The position numbers and the translations under genes were made by a program. This document shows positions 25,158 to 31,731 of a stretch of DNA of 32,015 nucleotides, in pieces. This stretch comes from Candidatus Aenigmatarchaeota archaeon. GTDB lineage: Archaea > Aenigmatarchaeota > Aenigmatarchaeia > QMZP01. Each line of letters starts with the position of its first letter. Position 1 is the stretch's first letter. The DNA is taken from positions 998,273-1,030,287 of the forward strand of contig CP070801.1 of the NCBI GenBank assembly GCA_020343575.1, read 5' to 3'. The notes under the pieces were generated by a model, which worked only from the letters and a program-made list of their open reading frames with translations, was not told the origin of the DNA and did not search any database.

Positions 25158-26162
25158 TTATTTTTTCTTTTTATCATGCTTTTTCTCTTTCTTTTTGGGT
25201 TTTACTTCTTTTTTAGCTTTTGGTTTCGGTTCTTTTTTCTTCTTGGGTTTCTTCTCTTTGGGTTTTTCTTTCTTTTTCTTTTCTTCCTTTTTCTTTTCTA
25301 GTTTCTCTTTGGGCTCTTCCTTCACCTCTTTCTTTATCATGTCCTTCAGGGTCTCTGCTTGGGTTTTCGCCTTCGCGATTAGTGATTTAGCCGTATCCTT
25401 TGTGAGTATGTCCGCCTGCAGAGCAATGGTGTAGGCCTCTTGGTGAGCCCTTGAAAGGAAAAGAGAAACATTATCCTTTGTGTAGTAGTTCACATTGTAG
25501 GCAAGGCTGAATGCCTGTGAACTTGCAAGTTGCAAATCCTCAAGATATTTCTCGGTTGGTATGAAAAGAATATCCTTTGTGTAAACATGTCCATTCTCCC
25601 AGGCAGCGAGTAGGTTGAGCCCGATCTCCATGGGTTCAACACCGAGCTTCACCAAAACGTCAGCGAGGGTTTTGTCTATCGTATCTCCTTCCTCTGCAAC
25701 CACCGTGTCTTCCCTTACTGTTATTTTCTCCCCCTCGACTGTTGCGGGGATCTTTGCCCTCTGGAGCTCCCCTATAACCGGTCCTGGTGGAAGAGGTGTT
25801 GGTCCTGCCCTGACGATTATATCTATAGGAGCAACATCACCGGCCTTTGCAAAGGCCTTGGATTTGGACTGGTTTATGGTTTTTGCCAGCCTGAATGGGT
25901 CTGTTTTGCTGAGCAATAGGGCGGGCTCGCCCTGAATGTATTTATCCATTTCTTCAATGCCCTTCAGGCCACAATCCTTTAGGGCAAGTTTTATTATTCT
26001 CTTCTTGACCATCTTTATTACAGCCTCGTTCCTAAGCTTGTTTCTGATCTCATGCAGCTGCCTTCCAGGTAGCTTGAACATATCGATTATTCCTATGACT
26101 GGATACTTCCTGAGGTCTTCTTTAACTTCCTTCAGTTTTTGCTTCTTTTTTTCCGAAACCAT
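25158..26162 (-). CDS. rplP0: Ribosomal stalk protein P0 (archaeal L10) with an atypical Lys-rich C-terminal tail.
   Basis: The L10/P0 N-domain (YPVIGIIDMFKLPGRQLHEIRNKLR...) is clear. The last ~58 aa are K/E/P-rich and end ...KKHDKKKK. Confidence 0.9.
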   Translation of the reverse strand: MVSEKKKQKLKEVKEDLRKYPVIGIIDMFKLPGRQLHEIRNKLRNEAVIKMVKKRIIKLALKDCGLKGIEEMDKYIQGEPALLLSKTDPFRLAKTINQSKSKAFAKAGDVAPIDIIVRAGPTPLPPGPVIGELQRAKIPATVEGEKITVREDTVVAEEGDTIDKTLADVLVKLGVEPMEIGLNLLAAWENGHVYTKDILFIPTEKYLEDLQLASSQAFSLAYNVNYYTKDNVSLFLSRAHQEAYTIALQADILTKDTAKSLIAKAKTQAETLKDMIKKEVKEEPKEKLEKKKEEKKKKEKPKEKKPKKKKEPKPKAKKEVKPKKKEKKHDKKKK

Positions 26163-26175
26163 ACTATCCCTCTGG

Positions 26176-26814
26176 TTATCCTCCTACTTCGACCCTTACT
26201 GGCTTTCCCATGGTCAGCTTGATGAACATGGATCTTATGTTGGTCTTTCCTTTAGGAAGTTTTTCCCTGACTGCATTGTAAACAGCCTCAATGTTTTTTG
26301 AAATCTTCTCATCATCCATCTTATCTGTTCCCACAGGAACATGAACAACAGGGCTCTCCTTAACAAATATCCTGATGGATCTCTTTGCCCTCTGAACGAA
26401 TGGCTCTACGTTTACCTTCGGGGGGATAGGCTTTGGGACCTTTCCCCTAGGTCCAAATATCACTCCAAAGCTCTTTCCTATGAGCGGCATAAGTGATGCT
26501 TCTCCAAAAAACCAGTCGTATTCATTCGCTATCTTTTTGAGTTTTTTCTTGTTCTTTGCCAGGTTTTCTATCTCTGATTTCTTGATAACAAGGTCTGCGT
26601 GCTTCTTTGCTTCTGTTTCCAAGGTATCCACAACGAAGGCAACCTTCTGGTCCTTCCCTCTGCCCTCTGGTAGCATGAGTTCAAAGTTAAATCTGTTCTC
26701 TGGCTTCTTCAGATCCAACCCCTTTAGATTGATAGAAAAATCCCAGGTTTGAACGAATTTCCTGGGTTTTGAATTTTCCTTCGCTTCCTTTACCTTCTCG
26801 AGAATGTTTTTCAT
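26176..26814 (-). CDS. rpl1: Ribosomal protein L1.
   Basis: Typical archaeal L1 (KPRKFVQTWDFSINLKGLDLKKPENRF...; ...GPRGKVPKPIPP...). GGAGG lies 6 nt upstream of the ATG. Confidence 0.95.
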   Translation of the reverse strand: MKNILEKVKEAKENSKPRKFVQTWDFSINLKGLDLKKPENRFNFELMLPEGRGKDQKVAFVVDTLETEAKKHADLVIKKSEIENLAKNKKKLKKIANEYDWFFGEASLMPLIGKSFGVIFGPRGKVPKPIPPKVNVEPFVQRAKRSIRIFVKESPVVHVPVGTDKMDDEKISKNIEAVYNAVREKLPKGKTNIRSMFIKLTMGKPVRVEVGG

Positions 26815-26884
26815 CTTATCCTCCTGCCTAAGCAGTAAAGCGGATTAGATTATATTGTTTTTTAAAAGTATTTAAATGTTTTGT

Positions 26885-27586
26885 CTAAAAACCAGGAACA
26901 TAATGGATTGCTCTTCCTCTCCCCCTTCTCTTGAGGAATCCCTTCTTCACAAGGTCGTTTATCTCTCTCAGGGCAGTTTTGTCTCTAATCCTGAATCTCT
27001 TCACATAATCTCCTGTTGTAATTCTTCCGCTCTTCCTGACCACTTTCAGGGCTTTAATCTGTCTGTCAGAAACATCGAAGACCTTGCTCTCCACCATTCT
27101 TCTCTCCCTGACGAGAAGGTTTGCGAGTTTGTCAATTCTGTCTATAAGATTCTTTTCCCTCATCAGTTCCTTTGAGGTTTTGTTCAGTCTGTTTTCCACC
27201 TCTATTATCTTTCTGACAATATCCCTGTAGTTCTTTTCTATCTTCTTGTCCATGTCTGCTCTCTTGCTGTCCAGGTGGTGGAGCCTGTTCTCATGGGTGT
27301 CTTTCAATCGTTTCGTGAACTCGTAACTGTGGCTCAGCCACTCCATCACGTTGTCCACGTCCTCTGAAACCCTTTCCTGTTCCCTCTTTATGTTGTCTGT
27401 TATGAATTCCTCTCCGATTTTGTAAAGTCCAATTATAACCAAAAATAGACCCATTAGCATGTCTATATAAAAGATGCTTGTTACTATTCCTGATATCAAC
27501 ACGGCTCCAAGTATTATGAACACTAACCAGAACACCTTATTCCTGTGCATACCGAATGTGTATGTGAGTCCGCTTTCTCCATTCAT
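26885..27586 (-). CDS. Membrane-anchored coiled-coil protein with a C-terminal winged-HTH, inserted between rpl11 and rpl1.
   Basis: Two hydrophobic segments (VFWLVFIILGAVLISGIVTSIFYI, MLMGLFLVIIGLY), a long heptad-like K/E/R region, and the C-terminus RQIKALKVVRKSGRITTGDYVKRFRIRDKTALREINDLVKKGFLKRRGRGRAIHYV. Confidence 0.7.
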   Translation of the reverse strand: MNGESGLTYTFGMHRNKVFWLVFIILGAVLISGIVTSIFYIDMLMGLFLVIIGLYKIGEEFITDNIKREQERVSEDVDNVMEWLSHSYEFTKRLKDTHENRLHHLDSKRADMDKKIEKNYRDIVRKIIEVENRLNKTSKELMREKNLIDRIDKLANLLVRERRMVESKVFDVSDRQIKALKVVRKSGRITTGDYVKRFRIRDKTALREINDLVKKGFLKRRGRGRAIHYVPGF

Positions 27587-27607
27587 GTAGTTATCTTATA
27601 GTGAAAA

Positions 27608-27616
27608 CTTTTAAAG
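27608..27616 (-). promoter_or_regulatory. TATA-box-like element (minus strand CTTTAAAAG) centred 26 nt upstream of the 27586 ATG.
   Basis: Seen directly. It suggests the inserted gene has its own leaderless promoter. Confidence 0.4.
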
Positions 27617-27652
27617 CTTTTGGTTAGGAAATATGGATTGAAAAATAGAAAA

Positions 27653-28294
27653 TTAAGTCTTTTCTTCTTTTTTTTCTTCCTTTGGTTTTTCCTCTTTTGC
27701 TTCTTCCTTTTTCTCTTCTGGTTTCTCTTCCTTTACTTCCTCTGGCTTCTCCTCTTCCTTTACTTCCTCTGGTTTGGCTTCTTCTGCTGGAGCTTCTGCT
27801 ATCCTTGCTGCTTCTGCCGCTGCTTTTGCTTCCTCTTCTGCTCTCTTTTCTTCTTCGTATCTCTGGATCTCCTCTTCTGTGACAGCACCCTCGCCTATTG
27901 TCACACCCATGCTCCTGCACGTTCCCTTTACCTGGTTCAAAAAAGCATCAGAATCAGAACCGAATTTCTGTCTTGCAATCTTCTTTACCTGCTCCTCTTT
28001 CAGGTCTCCCACCCTCTTCTTCCCTGCTTCCTCAGATCCCTTATCGAGACTGAGTTCTTTCTTCACAAGAGCAGCAACCGGTGGCGAACCAACCTCAACC
28101 TTAAATTTATGTGTTTCAGTATCAACCGTTACCTTCACAGGGATTTTCATTCCTGCCAGATCCTTAGTCTTCTCATTTATCTCTGCCACCACATCTGGGA
28201 TGTTAACCTTGAGTGGTCCCAGTGCTGGTCCCAGGGGCGGGCCTGCAGACGCCTTCCCGCCTTCAACCATCGCTTCGATTGTTTGTTTTGTCAT
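27653..28294 (-). CDS. rpl11: Ribosomal protein L11 with a ~60-aa Ala/Glu/Lys-rich C-terminal extension.
   Basis: Canonical L11 core (GGKASAGPPLGPALGPLKVNI...VGSPPVAALVKKE...), then ...EEKRAEEEAKAAAEAARIAEAPAEEAKPEEVKEEEKPEEVKEEKPEEKKEEAKEEKPKEEKKEEKT. Confidence 0.9.
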   Translation of the reverse strand: MTKQTIEAMVEGGKASAGPPLGPALGPLKVNIPDVVAEINEKTKDLAGMKIPVKVTVDTETHKFKVEVGSPPVAALVKKELSLDKGSEEAGKKRVGDLKEEQVKKIARQKFGSDSDAFLNQVKGTCRSMGVTIGEGAVTEEEIQRYEEEKRAEEEAKAAAEAARIAEAPAEEAKPEEVKEEEKPEEVKEEKPEEKKEEAKEEKPKEEKKEEKT

Positions 28295-28303
28295 AGAATC
28301 CCT

Positions 28304-28792
28304 CTATAGTTTCTCTTCTTCCTTCTTTTCTTCCTTTGGTTTTTCCTCCTCTTCCTTCACTTCCCTCTTTATAATCTTTATGAACTCCGTCGCGATTGTT
28401 ACTGGTATGGGTATGGAGGCCTCAAGCAGCTCGATTGTTACCTCGTCTTTGACAGCATCAACCCTTGTGATCTTTCCCTTTTCGCCCCTGAAGGGTCCAC
28501 CTATGATCTCTACAATGTTCCCTTCGTCTACCTTTATTCTGTCTTTCTTCAGTTCAAGGAAGTGTTTTATCTCTTCCAGCTCAATGGGTTTCTCTATGAT
28601 TCCCCGGACATGCATCAGTCCCTGCACAGCCTTGTGTATCGCTCCAGAGCTCCCCTCTGCAAAGACGTATCCCTTTATCTCTGCTGGGTGGAATATTGCC
28701 TTTAATGGAAGGGATTGAGCCCTAACGTTGCTCGTCATGATGTCTATAACTATATCCTCTCTTCCTGATGTTGTCCTGATCGCATAAATCAT
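28304..28792 (-). CDS. spt5: Transcription elongation factor Spt5 (archaeal NusG) with a short EK-rich tail.
   Basis: MIYAIRTTSGREDIV... is the NGN domain. The KOW motif is GNIVEIIGGPFRGEKGKITRVD. The track begins at a GTG at 28804. The ATG at 28792 matches the usual MIYA(V)RTT start. Confidence 0.9.
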   Translation of the reverse strand: MIYAIRTTSGREDIVIDIMTSNVRAQSLPLKAIFHPAEIKGYVFAEGSSGAIHKAVQGLMHVRGIIEKPIELEEIKHFLELKKDRIKVDEGNIVEIIGGPFRGEKGKITRVDAVKDEVTIELLEASIPIPVTIATEFIKIIKREVKEEEEKPKEEKKEEEKL

Positions 28793-28796
28793 TTTC

Positions 28797-28970
28797 TCAC
28801 GCACCTGGTAGCAAAAAAGTGAAAAGCAGGAATATCACAAATCCTATAAAACCTATCAAAGCTATGCCCAGAGCACATATCTTGGTAGAACTAAGGAATT
28901 CTTCCTTCCCGGGCTTCCTTGATATTTGTAAAACCCTTCTATACTTCCTGATGTTCTCCTTTATGTTCAT
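28797..28970 (-). CDS. secE: Preprotein translocase subunit SecE / Sec61-gamma (57 aa; below the ORF-track length cut-off).
   Basis: My translation: MNIKENIRKYRRVLQISRKPGKEEFLSSTKICALGIALIGFIGFVIFLLFTFLLPGA. It has the conserved RVL-x3-KP-x2-EF motif, a single C-terminal TM, and the conserved position upstream of spt5-rpl11. Confidence 0.85.
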   Translation of the reverse strand: MNIKENIRKYRRVLQISRKPGKEEFLSSTKICALGIALIGFIGFVIFLLFTFLLPGA

Positions 28971-29035
28971 AGCAATTCCTGTTCGTTAAGGATAATATAT
29001 AAGTATATGCTTTTTAATGTTTATCATGCCTGCTT

Positions 29036-30100
29036 TTAAATATCCCTTTCTATTAGAAAATCTGCAAAGGTCTTCAGCTTCTTCTTTGCATCAGACTCTG
29101 GTAGGATTGGGTCTATATCCTTCCATGCATCGGATACGATATCCCTTGCAACCCCACTTGCGTAATCAATGGAACCGTACTTATGTAAGATATCTATCGC
29201 TTCTTTTATGAGTTCTTTATCCCTGGTATGCATATCTAGAATCTGAAGGAGGCGTTTCTTGTCTCCCTCGCTCGCTTTTTTGAGGCTGTATATAACCATA
29301 AGGGTTCTCTTTCCTTCGGTTATATCATCTCCGTAGCCCTTTTTCTCTTGAAACTTTCCCCCACTTGCACTCAGTATGTCATCTTGTATCTGGAAAGCGA
29401 TCCCGATGGATTCGGCAAACCTTCCAATCTTTTCCTCCTGTTCTTCTGTCCCTCCAGAGAGGGCGACTGCGAGCTTTGCTGCCATTCTGGCAAGGGTTCC
29501 TGTCTTGCAGGAACACATCTGCAGGTATTGCTTTTCAGTGATGCCATCCGCTTTTCCCTTGTGCCACCAGATATCCAGTCCCTGTCCTATACTGAGATTG
29601 ATCATCTCCTTTACATATATCTCATAAACCCATAGCAGTGTCTTGGGGTCAATGGTGTCCCTGTTTTTGATCAGTATTGCAAGAGGCATGTAGAACATAA
29701 AACTGCTTGTATTTACTGCAACATCCACACCATATATCTTGTGTATGCATGGTTTCCCTCTCCTAAGATCTGAACCATCCTCCACATCATCAGCCATCAA
29801 GGTCCCATTGTGAATGATCTCGGGTATTATAGCGAAATCCTGAATCTTTTCAAGATCCGCGCCCATTGCCTTGGCTATCAAAAGGAACAGGGTGGGTCTC
29901 CATCTCTTTCCTCCCCTTTTAAGAATATCCCAGACAGGTTCTGTTATTGATTTGTTTATTGAGTCCAGGTCGTATTCGTGCCTTGTTTTTCCTAGGATTT
30001 CCTCAAGGTAGCCACTATCCATTTTCTCTGGAAAATGCTCCCTTATCTTGGAGTCTATGAATGGTTTTTTCTCCTCAAGAAATCTGATTATATCGTCCAT
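29036..30100 (-). CDS. Polyprenyl diphosphate synthase, probably geranylgeranyl diphosphate synthase.
   Basis: GGKRWRP, the first Asp-rich motif LMADDVEDGSDLRRGKP, and the second Asp-rich motif FQIQDDIL. Confidence 0.85.
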   Translation of the reverse strand: MDDIIRFLEEKKPFIDSKIREHFPEKMDSGYLEEILGKTRHEYDLDSINKSITEPVWDILKRGGKRWRPTLFLLIAKAMGADLEKIQDFAIIPEIIHNGTLMADDVEDGSDLRRGKPCIHKIYGVDVAVNTSSFMFYMPLAILIKNRDTIDPKTLLWVYEIYVKEMINLSIGQGLDIWWHKGKADGITEKQYLQMCSCKTGTLARMAAKLAVALSGGTEEQEEKIGRFAESIGIAFQIQDDILSASGGKFQEKKGYGDDITEGKRTLMVIYSLKKASEGDKKRLLQILDMHTRDKELIKEAIDILHKYGSIDYASGVARDIVSDAWKDIDPILPESDAKKKLKTFADFLIERDI

Positions 30101-30172
30101 TTTATTCTCTTTGAAAATCAGGTTTTTAAATATATAACGAAAGCTTATTAAGCCAAAAAATAAATAGAATCC

Positions 30173-30850
30173 ATGACCTTCAGTAGGATAGAGTCTGGGA
30201 TACCTGGGTTGGATAAGCTATTGGGTGGTGGTTTCATAGAGGATTCTGTGATTCTTGTAACCGGTGAAACAGGAACAGGAAAGACAATATTTTGTTCCCA
30301 GTTTCTGTGGCACGGTTTGAAGAAGGGTGAGACTTGCATATTCATAACACTGGAAGAAGATCCAGAGGAGATAAAAGAGGATATAAAGGTATTTAACTGG
30401 AATTTTGATAAATATGAGAAAAAGGGTCTGTTCAGAATAATATACCACGATCCTGCACAGGTCAATAACCTTGGCTCCCTAATCATAGACGAGATTAAAA
30501 ATCTAAAGGCAAAGAGACTTGTCATCGACTCAACTTCGCTTATCGGTTTAAGTATACAGGATATCTCGCAGATAAGAAAACTTCTTTTCAACACGATAAA
30601 CGTCATAAAGAAAAACAAATGCACTGCACTGATAACCGCAGAGATCCCTGAGGGGGCAAAGGGCCTTTCTAAATTCGGTGTTGAGGAATTCATAGTTGAC
30701 GGTGTCCTTGTTCTCAACTACCTTGAGTATGCAGCGGGTGGTTTGGACAGATCGCTGATTATAAGGAAGCTGAGAAGAACAGACCATGGGAAGGATATAT
30801 ACCCAATAGATATAACCAGCAAGGGAATTGTTGTCAAGCCCGTGGAATAG
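30173..30850 (+). CDS. Single-domain KaiC-like / RecA-superfamily ATPase.
   Basis: RIESGIPGLDKLLGGGFIEDSVILVTGETGTGKT (Walker A), Walker B RLVIDS, and the KaiC-like C-terminus RSLIIRKLRRTDH. Confidence 0.8.
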   Translation: MTFSRIESGIPGLDKLLGGGFIEDSVILVTGETGTGKTIFCSQFLWHGLKKGETCIFITLEEDPEEIKEDIKVFNWNFDKYEKKGLFRIIYHDPAQVNNLGSLIIDEIKNLKAKRLVIDSTSLIGLSIQDISQIRKLLFNTINVIKKNKCTALITAEIPEGAKGLSKFGVEEFIVDGVLVLNYLEYAAGGLDRSLIIRKLRRTDHGKDIYPIDITSKGIVVKPVE

Positions 30851-30923
30851 GCTTTTTATAATTTTAAGATTGAATTAATTTTATAAGTTTCAGAATCATT
30901 AATTATATAACCAGGAGATTGTT

Positions 30924-31448
30924 ATGGTTAAGATACGAGAGATAATGAAAAAATCCGTTGTGACCATTGATCCAGAACTTACTCTGGCGGATGTTGCAAA
31001 GATAATGACCAACAACAGGGTTGGCTCTGTAATCATTATGAATAAAACAAAGCCTATTGGAATCATTACTGATGACGACATAGTTGGGACCATTGCAGTG
31101 GGCAAAGACCCCAAGAAAGTAAAGGTAAGAGATCTGAAAAAGAAAACCAAGTTCGTAACCGCATCTCCTGATGAGGATGTGCTGAAGGTAACTAAGAGGA
31201 TGGTAAAAAACGGTATCAAGAGGGTTCCTGTTATAAAGGATGGAAAACTTCTTGGCATAGTCTCTGACAAAGAGCTGTTGCTTATATCTCCTGAGTTGAT
31301 AAATGTTCTCTCAGAGAAACTGAAAATGAGGGTTAGTTCTGTTGCCAGTTTCGATCAGGTTATATCTGGTATTTGTGAGAGATGTGAAGCCTACTCGGAT
31401 GATCTTAAAAACATTGGTGGTAGGTGGCTTTGCGAAGAATGTAGGTAA
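30924..31448 (+). CDS. CBS-domain pair protein with a C-terminal Zn ribbon.
   Basis: Two CBS repeats (VREIMKKSVVTIDPELTLADVAKIM...GIITDDDIV and VRDLKKKTKFVTASPDEDVLKVTKRM...GIVSDKELL), then CERCEAYSDDLKNIGGRWLCEEC. Confidence 0.85.
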   Translation: MVKIREIMKKSVVTIDPELTLADVAKIMTNNRVGSVIIMNKTKPIGIITDDDIVGTIAVGKDPKKVKVRDLKKKTKFVTASPDEDVLKVTKRMVKNGIKRVPVIKDGKLLGIVSDKELLLISPELINVLSEKLKMRVSSVASFDQVISGICERCEAYSDDLKNIGGRWLCEECR

Positions 31449-31611
31449 CTAATAGGAGTATATATCAACTATTACCTCCCCGGTTTGTGTGCAGCCGGAA
31501 AAAGTAATTAAGAATACGACAAGCATTAATAAAGCAAGTTTCATAAAAGATTTTTGATTTAAACCCTAATAAATAATAGTGGACCCGTAGCTCAGTTGGA
31601 TAGAGCACCAG

Positions 31612-31628
31612 AGAACAGATTCGGTGAA
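31612..31628 (+). other. tRNA intron 1 (17 nt) in the anticodon stem, between positions 30 and 31.
   Basis: BHB: central helix CACC (31606-09) pairs with GGTG (31623-26). The 3-nt bulges are AGA (31610-12) and AAC (31627-29). The outer helices are GAG:CTC and GAA:TTC, the latter closed by a CAGA loop. Confidence 0.8.
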
Positions 31629-31657
31629 CCTCCTAAGCTGGGTGTCGTGGGTTCGAA

Positions 31658-31679
31658 AGTCTCCAGCAACCATCGAAAT
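31658..31679 (+). other. tRNA intron 2 (22 nt) in the T loop, between positions 59 and 60.
   Basis: BHB: central helix TTCG (31652-55) pairs with CGAA (31674-77). The bulges are AAA (31656-58) and ATT (31678-80). The outer helix is the T stem GTGGG:CCCAC, and the inner helix is weak. Removing the intron yields the canonical T loop TTCGAAT. Confidence 0.7.
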
Positions 31680-31731
31680 TCCCACCGGGTCCGCTTCAAC
31701 CTTTTTAACCTTTTGCTGCAAATAATAAACT

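Larger units (their letters stand above)
31581..31693 (+). tRNA. tRNA-Arg(CCT): tRNA-Arg (anticodon CCT) interrupted by two non-canonical introns; the mature length is 74 nt and no CCA is encoded.
   Basis: Hand-folded cloverleaf. Acceptor stem GGACCCG/CGGGTCC. D arm GCTC-AGTTGGATA-GAGC. Anticodon arm CCAG^C-CTCCTAA-GCTGG. Variable loop GTGTC. T arm GTGGG-TTCGAA^T-CCCAC. Discriminator G. Both interruptions are flanked by bulge-helix-bulge motifs (see finding). Confidence 0.85.

Noticed and set aside
25161-25334. The idea that the Lys-rich P0 tail is a frameshifted Glu-rich tail (GAA-repeat read as AAG)
   Set aside because: I translated the other two frames over 25141-25340. They hit stops or give R/T/Q-rich sequence, with no acidic tail and no GL-x2-LFG motif.
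24801-25434. Plus-strand ORFs 24801-25157 and 25048-25434
   Set aside because: They are antisense to rpl12 and to the Lys-rich tail of rplP0, and are low-complexity shadows.
24850-28370. Purine/pyrimidine-rich repetitive DNA (cttctt/ttcttt runs) as possible microsatellites or a CRISPR-like array
   Set aside because: The repeats are imperfect and in-frame. They correspond to EK-rich coding tails of rpl12, rplP0, rpl11 and spt5, with no regular repeat-spacer periodicity.
27620-28718. Plus-strand ORFs of 229 and 314 aa, plus the smaller ORFs 27624-27920 (minus strand) and 27682-27882 (plus strand)
   Set aside because: They are shadows of the EK-rich tails and coding regions of rpl11 and spt5. 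Their products are poly-F/L/S low complexity, while the minus-strand L11 and Spt5 frames carry unmistakable family motifs.
30148-30717. 189-aa minus-strand ORF
   Set aside because: It is antisense to the KaiC-like ATPase, whose Walker A and B motifs identify the true frame.
31475-31499. CCGG-N11-CCGG inverted repeat followed by AAAAA as a terminator hairpin
   Set aside because: The stem is only 4 bp and there is no T-run on the relevant strand. The sequence is better explained as coding for the putative small lipobox ORF.
31449-31731. The tRNA as an integration site for a mobile element
   Set aside because: There is no integrase, transposase or phage-like gene on either side, and I saw no duplicated copy of the tRNA 3' end. 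The flanking genes are ordinary (a CBS protein and minD).
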